This document shows, one piece after another, positions 1 to 12,342 of a stretch of DNA of 64,000 nucleotides. The notes beneath the pieces are model-generated. The model was not told where the DNA came from and did no database searches. It saw only the letters and a list, made by a program, of their open reading frames with translations. Position numbers and translations under genes: made by a program. Each line of letters opens with the position of its first letter. Position 1 is the first letter of the stretch. This stretch comes from Eledone cirrhosa. Taxonomy: Eukaryota. The stretch spans positions 3,100,001 through 3,164,000 of the forward strand of contig OZ024754.1 in the NCBI GenBank assembly GCA_964016885.1, written 5' to 3'.

Positions 1-66
1 AAAATTCCATACTTTCCTGAAATTGTTTAATCCTTAATATTACATGGTCTGTTTTGTTTCTTGCAG

Positions 67-348
67 TTTACCCTTCATTCACGAAAAAGCCTGAAGATGT
101 GACTGTCAAATCTGGTAGTATAGCCCGATTAGAGTGCGCTGCCTCCGGACAACCTCCACCACAGATTGCCTGGAAGAAAGATGGAGGCAATGACTTTCCT
201 GCTGCTCGTGAAAGACGTATGCATGTTATGCCTACTGATGATGTGTTCTTCATTGTTAAGGTTAAGAGTTCAGATGAAGGTACTTACAGCTGTACAGCCA
301 CTAATGAAGCAGGAACAGCAGCTATTAATGCTACCCTCAAAGTCTTAG
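67..348 (+). CDS. LRIG: LRIG-family receptor, internal exon encoding an Ig (I-set) domain; gene continues upstream of the window
   Basis: ttgcag| acceptor and G|gtgtgt donor, phase 1-1, 282 nt. Peptide [62 protein letters not shown] contains the LRIG Ig2 signature [17 protein letters not shown]. Confidence 0.95.
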
Positions 349-561
349 GTGTGTACCTGTTTTCTTTCTTTTTTTTATTTTTTATTTTATGGTGGTGGTG
401 GGTGGGTTGTGTTAGGGCCTGGTTTTCCACAGGTTCCTTCAAAGGATCTTTGGATGGAGTAACATTGCTCCTTAGGATCCTTAACTCAGAGATCAGGTAG
501 GGGTCACTTGTGGTGGTGGTTGTGTATTGGGGCTGGTTTTCCACAGGTTCCTTTAAAGGCT

Positions 562-1260
562 CAATAACATCCATGAGCTTGGTTGATCTCACTTGGTGAT
601 TCATGGTTAGATAACATCCTTGAGCTTGGTTGGCCTCACTTGGTGATCCATGGTTCAATAACATCCATGAGCTTGGTTGGTCTCACTTGGTGATTCATGG
701 TTAGATAACATCCTTGAGCTTGGTTGGCCTCACTTGGTGATCCATGGTTCAATAACATCCATGAGCTTAGTTGATCTCACTTGGTGATTCATGGTTAGAT
801 AACATCCTTGAGCTTGGTTGATCTCACTTGGTGATCCATGGTTAGATAACATCCTTGAGCTTGGTTGGCCTCACTTGGTGATCCATGGTTCAATAACATC
901 CATGAGCTTAGTTGATCTCACTTGGTGATTCATGGTTAGATAACATCCTTGAGCTTGGTTGGCCTCACTTGGTGATCCATGGTTCAATAACATCCATGAG
1001 CTTAGTTGATCTCACTTGGTGATTCATGGTTAGATAACATCCTTGAGCTTGGTTGGCCTCACTTGGTGATCCATGGTTCAATAACATCCATGAGCTTAGT
1101 TGATCTCACTTGGTGATCCATGGTTAGATAACATCCTTGAGCTTGGTTGGCCTCACTTGGTGATCCATGGCTCAATAACATCCATGAGCTTAGTTGATCT
1201 CACTTGGTGATCCATGGTTAGATAACATCCATGAGCTTGGTTGGTCTCACTTGGTGATCC
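562..1260. repeat. 47-bp minisatellite, about 15 units
   Basis: Unit ataacatccWtgagcttRgttgRYctcacttggtgatYcatggttMR. Confidence 0.95.
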
Positions 1261-1440
1261 AGTCAGATCAATTAGAGATGGTTGCTTCTGATATGACCCT
1301 CTGGAAGGTACATCTGAGGTCTCTACTCCTGTGACTCTCCCATAAATAAATTGGCAAAGAAGAATGGAGAAAAAAAACTCTTCTAACCTATGTAAACTTG
1401 AAAAAAAAAACTGATATGAAATGATGATGATGACATTTGC

Positions 1441-1492
<52 letters not shown>

Positions 1493-2073
1493 GTTTTTCG
1501 TTTGTTTATATTTTTTTCCCCTTTTCTTTTCCTTCTCTTTCGCCTCTTCATTTTCTTCCACATTTTTTTGACTACTCTTTATCTTTAACCTTTCCAACTA
1601 CTTTTCTTTCTCTACTTCCCTCTCCTATCTTTCTCACTCCACCCTATCTCTTCATTTAAAATCTCCCTCTCTTCTAATTATAAATTTTAATGAATATTCC
1701 ATGTTTTATATTATTTTACTCCTATCTACCTATCCCAATATTAATCTATATTATAAGATTATTTACATGTCAGTTTACTTAGACTGTTTCGATAATCACA
1801 ACAACTTGAAAAGAAATTGGAGAAGTTTTTGCGTCAGTAATTCTCCAGAGATACCTGGCTTCTTGTTGTGAAACACTCTGGAGATTCTTTCATAGTTTAT
1901 TCTAGAATTAACAAACAGTATAATTTTACTTCATTAGACTACTGGACTGAATACTTCACAGTATTTAGTTTCAGCCTTGATAGTCAGTTTTAATACCACT
2001 GGGTTTAATTTGATGGTGATGTCTTATTTTTACCTTTATTGACTAGACATTGCTTTGTTGTTGAACCTTGGCC

Positions 2074-2228
2074 CCCTTCAAACAGGCCCACCCCACCTCT
2101 ATCAACCACCCCTGACTTTCTTGAACTGTAGCTCCCTTCAAACAGGCCCACCCCACCTCTATCAACCACCCCTGACTTTCTTGAACTGTAGCTCCCTTCA
2201 AACAGGCCCACTCCACCTCTGTCAGCCA
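2074..2228. repeat. 60-bp tandem repeat, about 2.5 units
   Basis: cccttcaaacaggcccaccccacctctatcaaccacccctgactttcttgaactgtagct. Confidence 0.9.
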
Positions 2229-2848
2229 TCACTGATTTTGAATCTTAGCCTTATTCAGAAAGATTCAATCCACCGCCATCAACCTGTCCTTATTTTTCTG
2301 AACTTCAGCCTCTTTCTGACATGCATTTGCCTCCCTTCAAATTCCCTCTTCTTTCCAGGTGAACAGTTTCTACCCCACTCTAGTTCTATTGCCACAATAT
2401 CACATCATAACTTCTTTACAATTTGTTGTACTCTTAACACAACACCAAGTTTAACCCCACAACCAAGTCCTTGACTGCCTCTAGTAAAGTTCCCTCTGCT
2501 GTAAGTAATCAGAATAGGCACCAATTTCCTCTTTGCTCTGACTGGATATCAACTACACTAATACTACCAGTCAGGGACAAAGATCTTGAGGGTCAATACC
2601 ATAAGTACCACTAAAATACTGCAAGTGGAGAGATTCTGTACTGAGAAGGGCCCGTCAAACCCATGCAAGCATGGAAAAATGGACGTAAAAATGATGTTGA
2701 TGTTGATTCAATTAACTCTTTCTTTCTTTTCCAAAAACTAGCTTTCTACCTGTTCATAAATAGTCACATATATAAGATTTGATTGTGTTGTTGTATTTGA
2801 TAACTATATAATTATTGTACTAAAATATACCCTGCAATTTCTTTACAG

Positions 2849-3301
2849 AGAACCCTTCTTTCACTCGCCCAATGATACCACGGAAAGTTGTCCGGCTGGG
2901 GGAAACCACAGTACTGGAGTGCATGGCATCTGGAAGTCCCAAACCCAAACTGACTTGGTGGAAAGATAAGATATTATTAAGACCAACACGTAGGCATCAC
3001 TTCACAGCAAGTGATCAGCTGTTGGTTATTATGGACACTTTAAGCTCAGATGCAGGGATTTACACGTGTGAACTTTCAAACACACTAGGTATGGAACGGG
3101 GCACTACCAAACTTAACATAGTGCCTTCAACAAGTTTAAACGACCCACCATACACCGATAATGGACTGGAAAATAGCAGTACCACCACTGGTATCATTAT
3201 TATTGCAGTTGTATGCTCTGTGGTTGGCACCTCACTAGTGTGGGTTATAATCATTTATCAGACGAGAAAACGTCCAGAGGAGTACAGTGCTACACCAACA
3301 G
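2849..3301 (+). CDS. LRIG: LRIG exon: last Ig domain, transmembrane helix and juxtamembrane region
   Basis: ctttacag| acceptor, G|gtaaga donor, phase 1-1. Encodes ENPSFTRPM..VLECMASGSPKPKLTWWKD..DAGIYTCELSN and TM GIIIIAVVCSVVGTSLVWVIIIYQTRKR, as in LRIG1-3. Confidence 0.95.
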
Positions 3302-3313
3302 GTAAGACACATA

Positions 3314-3483
3314 TTACTGATCCTTTCTTTGAGCTCCTTGATAAAACACTGGCAAAGGTCTCACTATTCTCCCTGTTACTGATCCTTTCTTTGAGCTCCT
3401 TGATAAAACATGGCAAAGGTCTCACTATTCTCCCTGTTACTGAACCCTTCTTTGAGCTCCTTGATAAAACATGGCAAAGGTCT
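3314..3483. repeat. About 61-bp tandem repeat, three units, just inside the intron
   Basis: ttactgatcctttctttgagctccttgataaaacatggcaaaggtctcactattctccctg. Confidence 0.9.
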
Positions 3484-4056
3484 CTCTTACTCTCCATATT
3501 ACTTCAAGAGGGCCTGGGATATTATACAACTTAGTGATTTCATTGATATTTTACATTTTTTGAAGAATCACATTTACTGAATGTGCTGGCCAGGCAAAGA
3601 AGAGAAGGGAGTGTTAGTAGGGAAGGGGCCATCACATTTACTGAATGTGTAGGCCAGGCAAGGAGAAGGGGGTGGCTGTTGGCATGGGCCAACAATTTTG
3701 AGGTGGGATTGGCAGCTACTTGCTTCAGATTCTAGTTCTTCTGATCTGTCCTGTTACTTATAAGTACATCATATACACCACATTTGTGTATATATATATA
3801 TACACCCACACTTCATACATAAAACATTGGTATTTAGTAATGATCTCTAAAACACCATATACACCATATTTGCTGCTTCTAGCTAACATATTAAATTAGA
3901 CTGTGGTGACCTGGGTATTTTTCTCTCCTCTCTAGTTCCAAAGCTTAATTTTTTTTAATCTCTTCTCAATATGGTTCCATCTCTAGTTCTGATAGCTTTT
4001 ACCTGCCTCCTGGTTCTCTTCTTTTTCTTTTTTTTTTGATAGAGGAAAGATACATA

Positions 4057-4090
<34 letters not shown>

Positions 4091-5969
4091 CACATACACA
4101 CACATGTGTGTCTATCTATTTCTTTCTCTCTCTCTACATGCACACACACACATACATATATATATATAGAGAGAGAGACTGAACTTACTAATACACTTAC
4201 AGACTACTTTTTCTCACTTTTACTGACAATATAGTATAACTGTCATGTAAAACATATGGTGTTTATTTTATTACTATGTTCTAGTTTACCTTATTTTAAT
4301 ATTCAACATCTTCTGATTTAGTACTATCACTCTTCCTCCACTCTTATTGGGTCAGGTCAATGTGGTGGGTATGTAAAATGAATGACTTCTCCTTAATATA
4401 CAGACATGCTATGGTGGTGGTGTTATTTTTTTTTTCTATTGATGTAAGAGGTCTCTATATCAATGATTTCTTAAGCAGTTATTTTGTCAGCAGAGAATCT
4501 AACCCTTTTGATACCAAACCTCCTGAAATGGCTCTTGTTTCAACATCTTCATTACCATCACCATTTTAATATCTATTTTCCATGCTGTTCCATTCTTGCA
4601 TGAGATAGACAAGCTGTCTCATTACTGGGGTGACTACCTCCTGCACATCCTCTCCATTTTGGGTTTGGTTTCTATGGCTAGCACATCCTCTCCATTTTGG
4701 GCTTCGTTTCTATGCCTAGATGCCCTTCCTCGTGTCAACCACTTTACAGTGTGTACAGTGATAAAAATATGTCTGTTTTAAAGTGTTTATATTTATCTGA
4801 AGTCCTATTGTAATTTTTTATGTAAAAAACCTCAGTTAAGTTATGTTCCAAACACCAGCTTGATAATGAGAAAGTTAGTTATATTACTAAATCCTTCCAA
4901 ATTCTTTTTATTTTCAAATTTATTTGGGTATCATAAGCAGTGTTTTTCATAAGACATAGAGTAACATAAAGATATTTATATATTTATATATTTATATATA
5001 TATATTTATCTAAAAACCTTTGATCATAATTTCATGTAAGAACCTTTGTTAAATTATATTTTGAACAACAGCTAGTTAAAGAGAAAATTAGTTATATTAT
5101 TGAATTTCCCAGAATTCTTGGCTTTCAAGATTATTTTAAAATTGTAGGTAGTCTTTTCATAAAAAATACAACAAAGGAAGATTTAATAGAAGTTATTGTA
5201 GTTTCTTTGTTGTTCAAAGGTTACTTTTTTGGTTTTGTTTTGTTTTGTTTTTGAAGTTTTGTTAGAGAGAAGAGAACTAATTTTAATTAATCTACATCAA
5301 AGGAATATCTCAATCAAATAAGAATCCATTTTTTTAAAATTTCACAGAGATTATTCTCTGGTCAAATATCCTCGAATCTTTTGTTTTTTCCTTACTTTCA
5401 AAAAACAATGTTTGTTCAGGAACTCTGAAAATCAAGACTTATTTTCAGTTTTTACTTCGTCAACCTTTAAAAAGCTTCTCAAGTTTCCCACATTATTCTA
5501 TTATTCTCTCCCTTGTTTCTACTCTTTTCTCAATATATTTTCTCACGGACTAACTTTTCTTTGTCATTCTTCTCATAATCTTGCCTGTAAATAAAATAGC
5601 TTCTGCACAACACACACACATACATACATAACAACACACACACACATACATACACACACATGCAACAACACACACACACACATATACATACATGCAACAC
5701 AATACTCAATCACACAGGCACAACTCAGTCACACACACATCACTCAATCACACATCCTCAATCACACATCCTCAATCACACACAACACACAGAACTGAAT
5801 CATAGTCACACACACACACACATATCCATCCACACACACACACACACCCACACACACACACACACACCTAATCCTATACATGTTTATTGTCCTATAATTG
5901 TATATCCTCTTTGGGTCTCTCAAGTTCCCAAACTGTATTTTCTCTACATAAAATCTTTTTTAGACTTAA

Positions 5970-7690
5970 CCCAACTACAACTACTACTACCACTGCTACT
6001 ACTACCACTACAACCATCACAACTACCACCACCACTACTACTACCATCACCACTACCACCACCACTACTACTACCATCACCACTACCACAACACCACCAC
6101 CACCACCATCACACCAGATCCGCCACAACTACCACCACTACTACTACCATCACCCCTACCACAACACCACCATCACACCACCACCACTACCACAACACCA
6201 CCATCACACCACCACCACTACCACAACACCACCACCACTATAACACCAGATCCACCACAACTACCACCACTATTACTACCATCACCACTACCACAACACC
6301 ACCATCACACCACCACCACTACCACAACACCAACATCACACCACCACCACCACTATAGCACCAGATCCACCACTACTACTACCACAACACCACCATCACA
6401 CCACCACCACTACCACACTACCACCACCACCACCACCATCACACCACCACCACTACCACCACCACTACCACACCACACCACCACCAGCACCACCACTACC
6501 ACACCACCATCACACCATCACACCACCACCACCACCACCATCACACCACCACCACTACCACCACCACTACCACACCACACCACCACCAGCACCACCACTA
6601 CCACATCCACCACACTACAATAAACTCATCAGTCATTGTTTGATATTCAAAAGACAATTTTATGACATTTGGTTTCTGTTGCCTCTGTTTAATTTATGTA
6701 GACATTACTACCAGAATGGTATTGGTGGTGGTATGGTGGTGGTGTGGTGGTGGTGGTGGTGGTGGTGGTGGTGGTGTGGTGGCGGTGGTGGTGGTGGTGG
6801 TGTGGTGGCGGTGGTGGTATAGTGGTGGTGGTGGTATGGTAGCGGTGTTGGTGGTAATGGTGGTGTTGGTATTGGTGGTGGTGTGGTGGTGGTGTGGTGG
6901 TGGTGGTGGTGGTGGTGTGGTGGCGGTGGTGGTGGTGGTGTGGTGGCGGTGGTGGTGGTGGTGGTGGTGTGGTGGCGGTGGTGGTATAGTGGTGGTGGTG
7001 GTGGTATGGTAGCGGTGTTGGTGGTAATGGTGGTGTTGGTAGTGGTGGAGGTGTTTGGTAAAAGAGTCATTACTATCACTTGAATGGTATTGGTGGTGGT
7101 GGTGGTGGTGCAGTAAGATAGTCATTACTAGAGTGGTATTGGTGGTAGTGGTGGTGGTAGTGGTGGTGTTGGTGGTGGTGGTGCAGTAAGATAGTCATTA
7201 CTAGAGTGGTATTGGTGGTAGTGGTGGTGGTGGTGGTGGTGTTGGTGGTGGTGGTGCAGTAAGATAGTCATTACTAGAGTGGTATTGGTGGTGGTGTGGT
7301 GGTAGTGGTGGTGTTGGTGGTGGTGCAGTAAGATAGTCATTACTAGAGTGGTATTGGTGGTAGTGGTGGTGGTATGGTGGTGGTGGTGGTGTTGGTGGTG
7401 GTGGTGCAGTAAGATAGTCATTACTAGAGTGGTATTGGTGGTAGTGGTGGTGGTGGTGGTGGTGTTGGTGGTGGTGGTGCAGTAAGATAGTCATTACTAG
7501 AGTGGTATTGGTGGTGGTGTGGTGGTAGTGGTGGTGTTGGTGGTGGTGCAGTAAGATAGTCATTACTAGAGTGGTATTGGTGGTAGTGGTGGTGGTATGG
7601 TGGTGGTGGTGGTGTTGGTGGTGGTGGTGCAGTAAGATAGTCATTACTAGAGTGGTATTGGTGGTAGTGGTGGTGGTATGGTGGTGGTGT
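5970..7690. repeat. (ACC/ACT)n array, then a (GGT)n array, then a compound repeat gcagtaagatagtcattactagagtggtatt-(GGT)n about 10 times
   Basis: Directly visible in the sequence. Confidence 0.9.
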
Positions 7691-7993
7691 AGACTTGTGC
7701 TGTTTGGTAAGAGAGACAAAATCCCTCAAAATGTTTCATTAATTAATTAAAATAGAGTATATTTCATTAGAAATGAGGTCATGAAAGGGTTAAATTAAGG
7801 GAGGGAGGGAGGGGGGTCGTGTTCTAATATTGCCAGGAAAAATATAGTAAAACACACTCAGTGTTTTTCTTCTAAATCATTACAGGACATTAAGAGATAA
7901 GTCTTTCCTTAGAAACCCCTCCCCCTTCTTCCCATCATTTCACTCTCCTTTTCTAGTCACCTGATTAAATTCCACTTCTAATCATGTTTGTAG

Positions 7994-8113
7994 ATGAGAC
8001 CACTCTACCTGAAGTGGCCAGCTCAGGGTATAACTCTGCTGCCGATAAGGATGGAGGTTTTAGTGATGCTCATCTCACTGTGTCTGCATATCAATATGAG
8101 TTCGCTGGGGCAA
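7994..8113 (+). CDS. LRIG: LRIG cytoplasmic exon
   Basis: tttgtag| acceptor, A|gtaagt donor, phase 1-1. Splicing gives YSATPT-DETTLP, matching the LRIG juxtamembrane YSxTxTDETxxP motif. Confidence 0.85.
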
Positions 8114-8280
8114 GTAAGTACTCGCTCACTGAATTCCCTTGCTCTCCCAGTTCTAGCAGCAGTTATCTTCTCTTGCTATATTCAATAGGTTCTACTCTTC
8201 CTCCTTCTTCTCGCTTCATATTGATTCTTCCATTAATCTAGCTACACATTCACATATGAGTGTGTGTGCTTATATGTGTG

Positions 8281-8311
<31 letters not shown>

Positions 8312-8511
8312 TGCATAGACACACTCATATATATAGTCATACACACCACACATACACACGCACACAAACATACGTATATACTTTGTGTGTGTGTGTGTGT
8401 ATATATATGTATATACACATTTATACTTACATATATTTGCATGTGTGTATGTGTATACACATTTATACTGATATATATATTTGCATGTGGCTGTGTATAT
8501 GTGTGTGTGTG

Positions 8512-8552
<41 letters not shown>

Positions 8553-9066
8553 TGTGTGTGTTTGTGTTTATACATACATACATGCATGCATACTCACACA
8601 TGCTCTCGCATATACTTATACTCACACACACACATGCACTCTCACACACACTTTCACACATACACTCACACACACTTTCACACATACACTCAGATACACT
8701 TTCACACATACACTCTCACACATACACTCACACATACACTCACTCTCATACACACTCGGTCACACATACACTCTCACACACACTTTCACACATACACTCT
8801 CAGTAGGGTGATGTGGTTACGATGAAGTTGGTGATGGATGGGATTAAAATAGGTAGCCTGTTATTAGATTCTGTAATGATTCTAAGCAAGAGACAGTGCA
8901 GATTCTGTATTTTTAGTGTCATGAAGACAGTTAATCAATCTACTTATATATTAAACTGGAACTTATTGTTGTTGTTGTTGTTGTTGGTTTGGAGACAAAT
9001 TGACAATGTTGAGTGGATGACAAAAATGTGAGTTTGGAATTAAGACTCCATGGTTTACTGTATAAG

Positions 9067-9122
<56 letters not shown>

Positions 9123-9124
<2 letters not shown>

Positions 9125-9466
9125 AGGCACATGGCTTAGTGGTTAGAGCATTGGCCTTGCAATCGAAAGGTTGTGAGTTCAATTCTCAGACCGGGTGATG
9201 TGTTGTTTCCTTGAGCAAGACACTTTATTTCACATTGCTCCAGTTTACTCAGCTGTAGAAATGAGATGATAGGGACTGGGGTCCATATCATTCCACTGCA
9301 AAGTGGTCGTGGAGGTGCCACGGCAAAAAAGCACCCAGCACTCACTGTAAATGAGGTTGGTGTTAGGAAGGGCATCCAGCTGTAGAAATCAAGCCAGAAT
9401 CAGTTCCCGTCCCACCCTGGCAAGCAGGGAAAGTGGACGTAAAATGATGATGATGATGATGATGAT
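9123..9466 (+). mobile_element. tRNA-derived SINE, family A (CORE-like centre, RTE-type tail)
   Basis: A box TGGCTTAGTGG, B box GAGTTCAATTC, CORE-like ccttgagcaagacacttta, (TGA)n tail, flanked by (TA)n. Confidence 0.85.
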
Positions 9467-9624
9467 ATATATATCGACCGGCTGAGGTTGAAGGAGCAGG
9501 ATAGCGGTCGCCCTCGGTTCCTCGATTTTCAGCCCCATAGATTTTATCTATTACATTCACGTATTATATTTCGAATACCTGATGATATCACCGGATTCAC
9601 ACGGAACCCGGTCATTGAAATGAT

Positions 9625-9945
9625 CCTGGAGCCCCCTTCTATCCCCTCCCCCTCTCTCTCCTGGAGCATCTTCTACACCCTCCCTTTCTCTCCCCCCCTC
9701 TCTCCTGGAGCCCCTTCTACACTCTCCCTCCCTCTCCTCTCTCCTCTCTCTCTCCTCTCCTCTCTCTCTCTCCTGGAGCCCCTTCTACACCCTCTCTCTC
9801 TCCTCTCTCTCTCCTGGAGCCCCTTCTACACCCTCCCTCTCTCTCTTCTGGAGCCCCTTCTACACCCTCCCTCTCTCTCCCCTCTCTCCTCTCTCTCCCC
9901 CCTCTCCTCTCTCTCCTGGAGCCCCTTCTACACCCTCCTCCTCTC
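9625..9945. repeat. Compound minisatellite cctggagccccttctacacc-(CT)n
   Basis: About 7 units with variable CT spacers. Confidence 0.85.
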
Positions 9946-10464
9946 TCCACCCCCACCATTCTGAACTGTGTAAAGAAAAGAAAAATAATAATAAAAAAAA
10001 CACAAGATCGGAACATGAGCAGCCTCCCGCCTGAGGAAGGAGCCCCGCGAGGTGGAGTGGGTGCTGCTGGCCATTGTCCCTGGGGTGCAGCAGCAACAAC
10101 AACAACAACAGAATATTGTAGCTGTCGGACCTTTTCACATGATCCCTGATAAACTCCCTTTTCACATGATCCCTGATAAACTCCCATTTCACTAGTTTTG
10201 TAGCCCAGCCCCAAGAATATTGCCTGAGGAGAATGTTGATGATGGTGATGGTGATCGTGATCTTGACCATCATCATAATGATCATCATTATGGTGATGAT
10301 GATGATGGTGATGATGATGATGATCATCATCATCATTATGTTTGTGATGATCATGATCATTATGGTGATGGTGGTGGTGGTGATGGTAGCTGAACTCACA
10401 GCTTCTGTGTTTACCTTTTTGCCCAAGGTTCAAAGCTCTGTTGACTCCTACCACCCAGCGGCCT

Positions 10465-10595
10465 CCCAACCGCCCGCTCACCTGACCTCCCAACCGCCCG
10501 CCCACCTGACCACCCAGCCACCCGCCCACCTGACCATCCAGCCACCCGCCCACCTGACCATCCAGCCACCCGCCCACCTGACCACCCAACCGCCC
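10465..10595. repeat. 24-bp GC-rich tandem repeat, about 5 units
   Basis: cccaRccRcccgcccacctgacca. Confidence 0.85.
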
Positions 10596-10888
10596 TTCCA
10601 GGCTCACTTTTGCTAGTATTTTGACTATTAGCTTCACACTTTCATGTTTTGTTTACATTTCTTTTCTATCCATTTATCTGTCTATCTATCTATCTATCTC
10701 TCCTTTCTCTGTCCCTCACCACCACCACACCCTTATATCTATGTATCTATCTATCTATCCCCCCCCCCCCCACCACCACCACACCCTTAACTTTCAAGCC
10801 TCTGTGACTTCTTGCAGGCAAACACCTGGAGAATTCTCTGGAATATCGCTAATGAAAAGTCAACATTTACTTAACACTCCATGGTTTA

Positions 10889-10951
<63 letters not shown>

Positions 10952-11282
10952 TATACTTATTTATAGTGTGCCTCCCCCCTCTCTCTCCCTCTTCTATATC
11001 CCCTTCTACATTCTCCCTTTCTCCCCTCAACCCCCACCGTTCCGAACTGACTAGATGTCATTGTAGAATACCAAAGGTCTCCACTCTGGGTGTGAGTGTT
11101 ATTCTAGAAAGCAAGAGGTAAAAAATAGATAAATAAATAGAAGGAAGTGGGACAGTGTGTGTATGATGGTCATGATGTGTGTGTGTGTATGTATATATAT
11201 ATATAATGTGTGTATATATGTATATGATGGGGATATGTGTGTGTGTATATATATATGATGGTGATGATTGTGTGTGTATATG

Positions 11283-11348
<66 letters not shown>

Positions 11349-11789
11349 TAATGTCACTTGGTTGCCCCTATTCACCACTGTTTCCTTCTTTTGCTGACAG
11401 TATATGAAGGTCCCTATATAGGGTCTGAGACTTGTGTAGTGTAGGGTGGCAAAACCAGAGAATCATGGTCCTCATTTCAGTAATCCCTGGTTATTCCTGT
11501 TTAGGTTTCACTTATATTGCTAATGGTTGTGAGAATGGCATGAATGTTACACAATCATATATCTTTCCATCCCTTGTTGCCACAAATTTCAGGCTTTTGT
11601 TCATTTAACCATTTCATTACCATATTTCTAATGCACTACACTGCTTAAATTGTTTAAATTGATTTTGGAAATAACTACAACGTTTGGTTAAATAAAGCAG
11701 TATATTTTAGATGAAACATTGCAGGGTGTGTAGTAAATGATAAGGTATTTGAAAGCTAGAGTAATACTGATAAAAATACATAGGTGATG

Positions 11790-12138
11790 CTCTGTTGGAT
11801 GTGAGAGCAAGGCAGAGTAAGGATGAACTGAGGGAGAATCTGGGTTTGAAAGGAATCCCAAGTGGTGTGCAAAGGTGAAGACTGCATTGGTATGGACATG
11901 TGATACGTATGGATGATGATAGCTGGGTGAAGACGTGCCAAGAAATCCTAGTGGAAGGAAGCCGCTATAGAGCTAAACCAAGAAAGACCTGGGCTGAGGT
12001 GGTGAGAGCTGATCTCAAATTGCTGAGACTTACAGAGGAAATGAGGATATAATGTGATGATTGAAGATATGCTGGTTTGAAAAGGACCTGTCCAACCCAT
12101 GCAACCATGGAAAAACGGACATAAAATCGATGATGATG
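11790..12138 (+). mobile_element. Decayed 3' end of an RTE-clade LINE
   Basis: Translates with stops to ELRENLGLKGI..RLHWYGHVIRMDDDSWVK..EGSRYRAKPRKTWAEVVRADL, the typical RTE C-terminus. Ends ccatgcaaccatggaaaaacggacataaaatc(gat)n. The same tail is at about 2655-2705. Confidence 0.8.
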
Positions 12139-12146
12139 CTGGCATA

Positions 12147-12342
12147 CTGGTGTAAAAGGATGACAAAACCAAACCAAATAATATTTTTATCCAATATATT
12201 TCTTCATGATATTTCAACCTTCTTTTCAGATGAATGTAGAAAAACAAGGCCTCCTTTTTCTACATTCATTTGACAAGAAGGTATTTTACTTTTAAATATG
12301 AAGAAATATATCATTGTTTGGTTTGTCATCCCTTTACCCCAG
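12147..12342. mobile_element. MITE with TA target-site duplication
   Basis: TIRs ctggtgtaaaaggatgacaaaaccaaac / gtttggtttgtcatccctttaccccag, with TA on both sides. Confidence 0.55.

Noticed and set aside
562-1260. Regularly spaced repeats resembling a CRISPR array (also 7090-7690 and 48468-48945)
   Set aside because: There are no unique spacers: units are tandem or separated by microsatellite. The context is eukaryotic and no cas genes are present.
3302-3534. Second hydrophobic segment in the 220-aa LRIG ORF
   Set aside because: Read-through into the intron's 61-bp tandem repeat past a strong donor site.
9123-9195. tRNA-like sequence with A and B boxes (also near 14299, 15486, 38950 and 53100)
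   Set aside because: These are SINE heads. The full-length copies continue into a SINE body and tail, and no convincing cloverleaf is evident.
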